From Isurus oxyrinchus (Eukaryota): 64,000 nt of DNA. The notes beneath the pieces are model-generated. The model did no database searches. It saw only the letters and a list, made by a program, of their open reading frames with translations, and was not told the DNA's origin. A program made the translations under genes and the position numbers. The stretch lies in NCBI GenBank assembly GCA_026770705.1, contig JANJGN010000153.1, forward strand, positions 620,001 through 684,000, given 5' to 3'. Position 1 is the first letter of the stretch. Every line of letters begins with the position of its first letter. This document shows, piece after piece, positions 39,090-49,790 of this stretch.

Positions 39090-42000
39090 ATTACGAAGCC
39101 ATAGAAGGAACTGCAGCAAACTGCAGAATGTAAAGAGAATGAGGATGACATTTCGATCCAACTACTTTAGTAGAAATGCAACAGGCTTATCCAAAGTTGA
39201 GAGCATTTGATATAACACCCTATCAGAGCTTGAATCAGAATCAGTACCTGAGTGCTCTTATTTAAAAATGCTGTGCATATGAGGAAAGGGAGGCCAACTC
39301 AAATATGAGCCAATCAGCAATTTACAATAGTTCATCCGGTGGACGTTCCATCACGAGTTGCTTACGGTGTTCCAATGGCAGTTCATGCATGCTTTAAGAA
39401 AACACAGGCTAATATGCTGAACCATATTTTATTTCCCATGGTTTCATAAAGATGTTGTTAGTTTTTGCTAAACATGACATACATGCCAATTGTGGGGAAG
39501 CCACAATCATCAATTAAAGCGCACCCTTTATTCAGTCCAATTCCAGTTTGTACAGAACCATTTAGCACGTCCTTAATAGATCCCCAGCTAAAGCAGAAGT
39601 GGGAAACAGTGTCTTTCAAAAATTATGGTAGCTCTAACAACATTTCCAATGGCAGTGCATTTCAGAAAGATCATGGTGAAAATTGTAGAGGAAAAGCCAG
39701 TCCATTTCTTTACAATATGTGAGTTTCCTCAAGAAAAGTAATCAGATCAAGGCTCATATTTTATGTCACAGATATCCAAATAAAAAATGAAAAGTTTGGG
39801 AGAGGAAAAAAGTATTTTCAGCCTTCAGCGTATTATTCACAGTCATAAGGAACTTTAACAAAATGAAATCTAACTTTAAAGACCACGATTAAAGTATATT
39901 GTAAATGATGTTCCATTTTGGGGGTAAATTCCTTCGATTTGTACTTCTAAGGAACGCCCAGAAGGAGTCCACAGCGAACACTGCTTTTGACCTGATATTT
40001 GAGGAAGCGGCAGGAGATCCAGTGAAATTAATTGAAGGAAAATTTATCAACCAAAGTTTCCGAGACGTCACATTTGACCAACGTGTCAAACTGCTGGGGA
40101 AAAACTAACCAAGCCCTGTGGGTCGGTCAAAAAACATGTAAAAATAGAAATGCACCACAAACAATGGAAGCAGGTATCTATTCCAAAACTCGAAGTTATG
40201 TTGCTGGAGGAAATGTTTGAGTATGGTGACTTTTCGCTAGTAACAAGAGAAAAGCAAGGTTCATCGGCCTTTACCAAGTCACAAAGAAACTCAAATCTAT
40301 GAATGATCTAGTGAGCACTCCAAGCAGGGGGAAATTCAACTGAATGTTTCCCGTCAATATGTTAAAGCCAAATAATGGCTGGGAAGGTAACCAGGAGAGG
40401 AATGTGTTTGCATTAGTGAAAGGAGAAAGGGGGGATATTTAATATTTCAAACCAATTGGAGAATGAACTAGAAATCGGAAATTCGAAACTCAACCCATCC
40501 AGTGGTTATATTGAACAGTTCAGAGGCCGTTAAAATTTAGATAAGAGCATAAGAAATAATAACAGCGGTAAAGCAATCGGTCCCTTGAACCTGCTCCACT
40601 ATTCAATAAGATAATATTTGATCTTCCAGTGTTTCGATTTCCATTTAGCAATGTAAGCCGGATAACCCGTGATGCCCCTGCCATATTACGCTAACTTCCA
40701 GAAAATGATTCCCAGATGTCTTATGAAAGTTAATACAAACTCATGAAACTCAATGTACAGATCGACCAAGGAAAACGGCTTTGGCCTTATATGTTGCAAT
40801 GTTGGGGATGTCACCAAAAGAGCAACGTCTACTCAGGCTTATTCCAGGGATGTTATTCTAAGCAAAGGAAGCAATGAAGTTTATGTTCGAGGATGACATT
40901 ATTCAACCGATTAACAGTACATGGAGCTCACCCCTTATAAAGGCACCTAAACCAGATGGGTCACAATGATTGTGTGTAGTTTATGGCAACGTTAATGCAT
41001 TCACATACGTGGATTCTTATTTTATTCCAGGGTTGGAAAACTGTATTGAAAATATTGGGCAAACAAGTTTCCTGATAAAAAATGAGTTATTGTAGGGGTA
41101 CTGAAAAGTCCCTTTAACAGAAGTGGCCAAAGAAACAACAGATTTTGCAACCACGAATGGGCATTTTGAACGTAATTTCATGCCTTTCGGAATGAAGAAT
41201 GCAACAGTAACATTTCAATGATTAAGCAAAAGCATTTTTGAAGGATTATTTAACAGTGTTATACATATAGTGAGAAGTTCATTGTGTTCAGCTGAGCTTG
41301 GGGGGAACTTATACAATTGAATGATGTGTATGGTCATTTACAAACATACAAATTAGTCATAAAATTTGCATAAAGTGAATTTTCCAAAACGAAAGTGATT
41401 GATTTGGATCACACTCTGTTGAAAAGGCAAACTGATTTCCGAAAAAGCAAAAATATGGGTAATCCAGGATTGACAGTGCTTAAGAATAATGGAGCGATGT
41501 TATGGTCGCTTGGCAGAAATGCATTTTATAGGACGTTTGTCCTGAATTTCACCTCGGTAAAGAAAAGCAAAAATATTTGAATGGACAAAGGATGGCCTAA
41601 GTGCCTTTGGCATCTTGAATGCTGTACTCACCACTCCACCGGCTTTAGCAGCATCACATTGTGTGAAGCCATTTAAACTAGTTTCTGATGCTAGTGAGTG
41701 TTGGAGCAGTTTTACCACAGGGCGACGAGACGGGAATTGAACGGCCAGTCTGTTAAGTTACTGGAAATGTACTTTTTTTTTACCAGGGGAAATATTCAGA
41801 AGTGAGAAGGATTATCTAAATATAGTGCTGGCAGTACAACATGTCTACTCATCCAAACGTTCTGCAGAAATTATTATTTTATAAGGATCAGAATCCAATA
41901 TCCTTCCTAGAAAAGTTTCAGAATAAGAAACCAATACTATTTTGGTTGAGTTTAAGGCCACTCCCTTCCAGTGAAAAACTCAGCCATTTCGCTAGAAGTT

Positions 42001-43120
42001 ACAGTGTAACAACTGATACTTCTTCAAGTGCAAATATGGAGGAAGACGAACACCATAATTAAAATGGACTTGTATAGAATATGATTCTTATGGAAAATAC
42101 TTGCATGTTTTTTGTAAGAACATAATTACAGCTATTGTAAAAGCTATAAGATAAGATAGATTTAGTAATGAGAGGAGATGCTAACGGGAAATGAAAATGT
42201 CTCTGAAAGCTACCTTTTCATTTCTTATCCTTTTGCGGGGTAAATGATGGGAACTCGATATTATTTTAGGCAAGCTACAATTGTGTTTGTAATGTGAAGC
42301 CTGGATTTATTTTCACTTTGGATTTTGGCGACATTCAGCCGGCCAGCCTGGGGCACTGTTTAAATGTATACATTTTAATGACTGCATTACGAATCTTGAA
42401 ATGAAGAGATTGGCTACTAAAGGTTTTGGTGATTTAGTGAAGTCACATCTAAAACAGGAAGTAGGAAATAAAACTGTGTTGTTGACTCGCAACTTGTGAT
42501 CAGGGGGAGCTGCACAGATACATGAAGACAAGGAGCCTATGACCTTGTAGTTTCAGTTGTATCAAATTGCCAATGAGTGAAGACTTGACGAAAAGGCCTC
42601 AGTTTGTCTGCAACTGGGCATGATGCCAGATTCTTAAGGAACTCGTGGATAATCCTCTAACACTAAAGGAGAGGTGAATTTAGATTGAGTGTTCTGGATA
42701 TCTAAAGGGATATACCAATTGTGCAATTGCTTCTTGTGAATGTTCAGGAGACCACTGGAAGATCTACTTCTTTACCACTGAACAGACGTTATCCTTGGTC
42801 CAAAGATAATGTTGCCTGGCCGCTGGGGTCCTGGGTTAATAAGGGCATTAGTAGGATGAAAGGGGCAGCGTGAGTTAATGCCACTTATTTCGTGGTCTCT
42901 GTAATGAAAACTTACCAAGCGTTTGGTTGCCTGGTGTAATATGATCATGATTAATTACATTTTTTTTGTGAATCTTGCAAAGTCAGATTAGGCTCCTGTG
43001 AACCTCTTTCAGTAAGGAACCCACGCTCCCAAAATAAATGATTTTTTTAAAATAGGTCATCAATCCAGGTTCCATTCTGCTTTGGAACTCTGCTTTTATA
43101 AACAGCGTGGAACACATAAA
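39090..43120 (+). mobile_element. Gmr1-type Gypsy LTR retrotransposon remnant (integrase, RT, RNase H; probable 3' LTR ~42245-43120)
   Basis: Integrase zinc finger/core (PMA.H...RKTQA; IVGKP; PIPVCTEPFSTSLID; RNAQKESTANTAFDLIF...GDPVKLI) at 39200-40300. RT (TWSSP, PKPDGSQ*LCVVY, DSYFIPGLENCIENIG, FMPFGMKNA) at 40850-41500. RNase H PFKLVSDAS at ~41670. A small antisense CR1 tail is inserted at ~40545-40680. Confidence 0.85.
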
Positions 43121-43366
43121 ACCTTCCTGTCCTCGGATATCACTCCCAGGTGCCTTTACATGTCATGGTCAGTCAAACCTCTATTCGCAGCCTTCCATCC
43201 CTTAGCGACCCACATAAATCCGATCCACGCCAAGTAAGTGTCCTACTATGTTGTGAGACAAAAATTGTTGGAATGCAAGGCGTTAACTGAACCAGTTTGT
43301 TCAGTCCCTGTAATTAACTTCAATCTCCCCGGATCCTAATTGTGTCACAGGAGGGTTTCACAATGC

Positions 43367-43374
43367 TATTTATA
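43367..43374 (+). promoter_or_regulatory. Candidate TATA box of GPCR copy B
   Basis: TATTTATA followed by cgggg, ~140 bp upstream of ATG 43509. Confidence 0.35.
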
Positions 43375-43508
43375 CGGGGCTCATTTCAAAGTGCTGTCCC
43401 CTAATGTCAGGGGGGCAGTCGCATTGAGCAGTCGCAAGAATCAACGACTCCTGAGAGGGGGAGAGAAAACATCAGAGCCTGAGAATAATAGATTGGAACG
43501 TGACAACA

Positions 43509-43683
43509 ATGAATCAGAAACTTAGAACAAAATCTTGGAATTTCACAAAAATGGACAGAAGTTTATCCTCCGGGCTTTACTACCTTTCTCAAGATCGGAT
43601 ATCATTAGCTGTTAGGATCGAGGGAGTAATTTCGTTAATCCAAGTTGGTTACTTCCCCATCCTGGCTCTTGTTGGTGTCAGCG
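43509..43683 (+). CDS. GPR139-like GPCR copy B, coding exon 1
   Basis: ATG 43509 (alternative ATG 43551); MNQKLRTKSWNFTKMDRSL...IQVGYFPILALVGVS+G; N-glycosylation sequon NFT; strong phase-1 donor G|gtaaga at 43684, compatible with the phase of exon 2. Confidence 0.85.
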
Positions 43684-44479
43684 GTAAGAACCTATATGCA
43701 ACAATCTGTTCTTTAAACCAGATTGGCTGTATTACTGTTACTGTCTCTTATATTTCAGGAAGATGGAAGTCATTTTCTACTGTTCCTGTTTTAATGATCG
43801 TTCCATATCCAGTCGCTCCACCCGCCTACCGCACCACTATCTAAGCCTGAACCATAGTGTCTTCGACCTCCATGCTCCATTTTGCCCTGAACTGATTTGT
43901 GAGCCCACACCTTTTCTATCCTTAAGCCTATCTTCTACCAGCTCTTTAGCCTCTCACCCACTATCCTCGCTGCATCAACACATCACCTGAATGATCCCTC
44001 AGCTGTGCATTTGTCCAAGCCAGACTCGGCTGTTAAAATGTTAATCTGGCCAGACAATTGCTGCTACAAACGTTCTTAAAACATACCCCATATAAAACTC
44101 TGATCTTTGTAAACTTGCCCATGCCAAATCTCATTCCACCATTATCCCTGTGCTCAAGGGCCAATATTGCTGCCAGGTCTTTCAGTCCGTCAATTTCAAA
44201 ATTCCCAATCGTGTGATTTGATCACAATTTAATCTCGCTTCTCCAATCAATCCCATGTCCAGAAACTCACACATGGTGTCCCGTGTTGTCCGGGTGTTTT
44301 CAGCATGTTTGATGCATGTCTTTGAAACACTGGCTGTACCGTCCACCAAAAAGCTGTGTTAATCACTCTCAGCTAAATATTTGTTAAAAAACACGAGGCA
44401 CCCTTTCCAATTTAATTGAAACGGGCCAGACATCTGACTGTCAGCTGAACGGAATTTGACTGACTACTGTTATTTCAAA

Positions 44480-44618
44480 ACAAAAACAGAATTACCTGGA
44501 AAAACTCAGCAGGTCTGGCAGCATCGGCGGAGAAGAAAAGAGTTGACATTTCAGGTCCTCATGACCCTTCGACAGAACTTTTTGGATTTCCAGCATCTGC
44601 AGTTGTTTTGTTTTTATC
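44480..44618. mobile_element. Short Penelope-derived insertion with inverted structure and 14-bp direct flanking repeat
   Basis: Minus-strand Penelope tail 44480-44578 plus plus-strand tail 44579-44618; actgttatttcaaa at 44466-44479 and 44619-44632. Confidence 0.85.
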
Positions 44619-46901
44619 ACTGTTATTTCAAAGTCCATTGAGGTGCTTTAGATGGTCTTCATTGTGCTGTGCTGTGAAGGGCTGCGTAAATTGAGAGAGG
44701 ATAGAGGATTTATAGGCCCAACTTTGGAAGAGGTTTTGGGGATGTAGTTACAGTGCACCTGGACCTGTACCATGACGAGCGAAATGAGCGGAGTGAATAG
44801 GGAGGGGACCGCCTGTTAACATTTGTTTTTGGGGGGGAGAGGTGTTGCACTGCTCTAAGCACCCCTGGATTGTCAGGAACACTTTACAAACGTACACCTA
44901 AAACATGTTCATAGACGGATATAACTCTGACAAAACAATAAGGTGTTACAGACCCGTGTCACCTCCTTCAACAGGACCTAGGGCCGCACACCAGGGTGCG
45001 GGAGCTGCTGTCTTTGGACACGGTGTTCACATGATCATTGAAACTGCTATGGATTCAGAACAGTCCATGCAGGAGAATAGCTTGTGTTATATTAATTACC
45101 TCCCAGTATTTTGTCTAGCTATGTATTCATTAGCTGACAGAGAACATCTCTGTTGGGTGCCACGTTTGTACATTTGCTCCCTTAACAGGGAGAAGCCGAC
45201 TGATCGGTTCCATGGCCTTCCAGGGCAGAGGGATTCACGATGGCGTACATAATTCTGCCGTGTCCCCATTAGAATGGACAGATTTAAAGGCTCAGAAGGA
45301 ATTCTGACTGAATTCACGTCCATTTGATGTATATTTATGGACAGTACATCATGTTGGTGAACATCCAATATCCTGGCGAGAGCCACAATACCTTCATTAT
45401 GAAGCAGTCGGACGTTTCCAGCATCTCCGGAGCTCCATAGGGAAGCACACAGTGGCTTTTCGTAGATGAAGGCTGCCCCGTAGGTACATGGATCAATAGA
45501 ATGCAACTTCGTCATTCCCTACCTCCAACAAAGCAGGTGAACATTACACCTCAATACCAAGAGCAATGGAGTCGCACAGGCCATTGTGGATCAGCCCGCC
45601 ACTGTGGGAAAGAAACGCTTCTCATTCCTGAGCCATTGGGATTGAACTCTCCCTTACACGCTGGAGCGGGTGGTCATGTTCATAGTGTTCTGCTGCATCC
45701 TTCATATAATCACCATCATAAGGACACAGGCATTGTCACCAGGAATCCGGAGTACACTGCAGGAGAAGAGGAGATAGTGGTAAGATATATTCTGGATGCT
45801 TTCGCCTTTGACAGGTTGTCTAGATGTGCCACTAAGAATCCAGTTTGCACATAACTTCATTTTCTGAAGTTGTACACAACATAAATTTTAGTGTTTGGAG
45901 AATGGAAATCCAACACCAAGATCGAAGGACAGGGAGACTTTTGCTCATAATAGAAACACTACAAAATAACATTTTTAAGAGACATTTTTGAAGATTTCAG
46001 GCATTAAAAGAGGCTGATAGGCTGTACATGTTGGTACATATCGTCAACACAGAGGCTCCACCACATTGTAGACTAAAAGCCAGATATTTAAAAACTCCAT
46101 TTGTCTTCAATAACCGAGGAATGAAGACCTCAGTCCTGCAATGTTTACAACCAGCACATAAAGCATATTAAGGAATGAGCTGTTCCTGTTCTACACTCGT
46201 AATAATTTAAGTATGTGGAGCATTTCTGCAAATTATTATTTTATGTGTGAGGGTGTATGAGTGTTTGTGGTGTACATGATCATTATTACTTGCATTTCGT
46301 ATTTTGTAAGAAACGGTCATTTATCATTTAATTTGAAATGATAATTCACAAGAAAGCTGTCTTCGAAATTCGTAAAATAACATCCTTGGAGAGAGGAAAC
46401 ATTCCATCACATAACTGCAGAGCCTTCCTGTCAGGAGATATGTTGAGCAAAATAATAAATTACCCCATTTCACTTATTTGCCTGAACGTAATCATCACCT
46501 CTGGCTGCTCTCACTCAAACACGTCTCCCCTATCACTCCTGAGTTCCACCATCACCCATGAGTACCACCCGTAATGGGCACGCTCGCCCGACACTCCATG
46601 CGCTGTTATCACCGCTACGCACACCGATTATCCCCCGATTACTCCTTTCCTCCTTTGTCTCGCAAATATTCCCGCTCTCCCGCAAACTCCCATCTCCACC
46701 TTATTCCCACCTCCTTATTTTAACCTTTCAATGTATCCTGCCTTCCACGATATCACAGACATTTTTTATACTATGTTTCTGGACGATTCATTTCATTACA
46801 CTGGAGGATGCTGTAACACATCTCCATCGCATCTCAATTAAACTGGCAACTTTGGTACCAGAGTGATATAGCGTTTTATTGTTTATTACCTTTCCTTGCA
46901 G

Positions 46902-47779
46902 TGAACCTGGTCACGATTGTGATACTCAGGCGCCGGAGCTGTGGCCTCTCCATTTGTGTTACCCGTTACCTGGAGGCCATGGCAGTGGCTGATCTACTGG
47001 TCATTATCCTGGACCTGATACTGAGGCATATTCCAATTGTGTTTGATAAGTATTTTTCTTTCCTGCGATCAATCCCAGTGTGTAATATCCATGCTGTCCT
47101 GCTTTATGCAGCCACTGACTGTTCTGTGTGGTTCACTGTCACTTTTACCATGGATCGATTTGTGGCCATTTGTTGCCCGAAGCTGAAAACGAAATATTGC
47201 AGTGAGAAAACAGCAGGTGTGATTCTGGGAACCATCATTGCACTGAGCAGTTCAAAGAACATTTTCTGGTATTTTTTGTTCACAGGTCAGTACTGGATGG
47301 TAAACTTCCCCTCGTTTTGTGGTTACAGAAAGGAGGTTCTGTTCAATCCTGCCTGGGTAACAATCGAGTTCACCCATCACATTCTAACACCGTGTGTCCC
47401 ATTTTTGCTGATCCTGCTCATCAATATTTTGACCATAGAGTATATTTTAGTGACCAGCAGGGCCCGCATGAGACTCCGGGCTCACAGGAGTGGGCAAAGC
47501 CCCAAAGACCCAGAGGTGGAGAATCGAAAGAAATCGATCATGTTACTCTTTTATATTTCAGCCAATTTCATCATTTTATGGGGAATGCTAATGTTGTTTT
47601 CCATATGGATCCGGATGTCTGCTTTAGGCTATAATTCACTGTATCTAGATTTTTTTGTTCTGGAATTGGGCTTCATGCTGCAGCTCCTTAGTTGCTGCAC
47701 AAACACTTGGACGTATGCTCTGACACAGACTAGGTTCAGGGAGCAGTTGTGGAAAATGTTGAACTATCCTTTCACTTAA
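46902..47779 (+). CDS. GPR139-like class A GPCR copy B, coding exon 2 (TM1 end to TM7); spliced product 350 aa
   Basis: Polypyrimidine acceptor tttccttgcag ending at 46901; uninterrupted frame VNLVTIVIL..CGLSICVTRYLEAMAVADLL, TM3 SVWFTVTFTMDRFVAIC, ECL1/ECL2 cysteines (PVCN, SFCG), TM5 P, DPEVENRKKSI, TM7 LSCCTNTWTY, helix 8 FREQL. Confidence 0.93.
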
Positions 47780-48859
47780 ATTTTTTACTTTGTTCAATGA
47801 TTAGAAGAGTTGAATATCTGACATTTCTAGAACATTATTTCACATTTTCAGCAGGGTATATGGGTCTGTCATTGGGCTGAAAGAATCAATGCGAACTTCA
47901 TGAATTTTAACATTTAACTTAACGTTTTAAGTGAATGGGGCTGGGAGATGGGGTGGGGATATTTGGGAGGTGGAAGTGGGTTTACTATCTGGAAGTATTA
48001 AATTCTAGGAGTTTCATCAATTCTCTCATTGAATTTAGCATTTCCAGCTGGCACGGGGGAGTCGGTGTAGGATGGGGGTGTCCAGTGCTTTCAAGGTGTC
48101 TTTATCAATGGAACATAATGACTCAGGGCTTCCAATATTTTATCAGCTCATTGCTCAGTTTGAAAGGAGGAAAATTTCTCTCACTGCGGGAGCAAAGAAA
48201 CCATGATGTTCTGGAATTAAAGCATTTTCTCTTATTTACAGCGGCGGGGGTGGGAAGATGGTGGTGGGAGGGTGGGGGTGTGCGGGGGCGAGAGGAGGCA
48301 CTGAATGTTCACCACTGACCTACTTCTCCCATCCCATTGGACGATTCCAAAGTCCATCGTCCCCATCCCTCACACGGGAAGGGCAGGAAACACATCTCAA
48401 GCCATTTCCACACTTCCATTGCCCACGAAACGTGGCCGTTATACTTCTCTCTCGCACTGAATGAACAGAAAACTAAGCCACTGACGCCTACTTCCAAAAT
48501 CGCCGGTGGAACTGTCCGCTGCTTCTCAGTGATTGGACATGAATCCTCCTTCCAACACATGATTGGAAGCCGAAATGGAATGTCAGAGTGCAACGTGGTG
48601 CGCTCTTGTCAGAGGAGATGTGGTCACAGCGTAGATTTAGGGTAACCAACAACGCAGTAAGATAACAAAGTGAAAGTGAGGTAACAGTGGAAATCAGTGC
48701 ATGGGCAAAACGCCAGCTCCCACTGAATGCTAGTGTTTATAACGGAAGTGGGTATCAATGCAGCACAGAAAGAGGGTGGCGTTGCAGGGGATTTGGGGTG
48801 TGTGTGTTGGGCAAGATGGCACAACTGGACCTCGATCTCCCTAAAAGAGATGCAGATTG

Positions 48860-49310
48860 ATATAGAGAGAGAAGGAGAGAAAGACGCAGGTTGCTTAACA
48901 GACAGAGAAAGACAAAGAGAGGTTGAAAAAGATATAGAAAGAGTGTGAGTGGGGGGAGAGGAAAAGGCTGATAGAGAGAGAGGTGGAGGCATTGTGAGAG
49001 GTGAACATGCTGGGCTGGAGAGTGGCAGAAAGACAGAGAGCGAGAAAGAGACAAAGAGAGAACTAGAGGCTGGAAGAGAACAACAGTGAGAAAGGGAGAG
49101 ACGTACAATAAGAGAGGGAGAGAGGGAGACATTGAGTGACAGGGCAGAGGACGTGAAAAGGAGTTAAGAGAGGGATTGAGTGAGAGAAGGACAAAGAATG
49201 AGTGAGAGACAGACAGAAAGATGTTGAGAAAGAAACAAAAACAAAATGAGAGATAACAGGAAGGTGAGAGGAAGAGCAAGAGAGGGAGAGACGGAGAGAC
49301 AAATACACAG
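48860..49310. repeat. GA-rich low-complexity tract
   Basis: Directly visible. Confidence 0.9.
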
Positions 49311-49790
49311 AAATGATCCCTCAGCGCTGACCTTACAACACTGCAGCACCCCCTCGGGTTTGAAAATTGACAGAGAAGCATGACTTCGTACTGACCCACC
49401 GATAGTGCAGCGCTCCATCAGTGCTGTCCACCTCTTTCTCTCACCCTCTCTCTTCCACTCGCCTTCCTGTTACCTCTATTTTTGTTTTTTATTTCTCAAA
49501 AATCTCTGTCTTTCACTCTCTCTCTCTCTGCACTTGTCTCACCCTATCCCTGTCTTCAACGTACAGCACACTTCCAATGCAGATCTTTCGACAATGCAGC
49601 ACTTGACCTGTACCGACCATCATGTAATTCATCTCTGCTCCAGCATTGATGCTTCTGACGGTGTCCTGCTCTCTCAGTACTGACTCTCTGGCGGTGCAGC
49701 AACTCCTCAGTACTGAAACACAGATATTGCAGTACAATTCAGTACTGGCAGTCCATCAGTGCAGAAATCCTTCAATGCTGCATTGGAATG
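49310..49790. repeat. Degenerate ~33-bp repeat (cagtactgaccctccgacagtgcagcactccct-like), interrupted by an inverted GA/CT duplication
   Basis: Recurring cctcagcgctgacc/gtgcagc/ctcagtactga motifs at 49318-49430 and 49560-49790. Confidence 0.6.

Noticed and set aside
43500-43844. 114-aa ORF as a standalone gene (likewise ORFs 13536-13733 and 46901-47779 with their listed starts)
   Set aside because: These are spliced exons: strong donor at 43684, and the 46901 GTG start is really the acceptor AG plus exon sequence.
48624-49683. Leu/Ser-rich 214-aa ORF and neighbours, resembling a membrane protein
   Set aside because: Translation of GA/CT low-complexity sequence.
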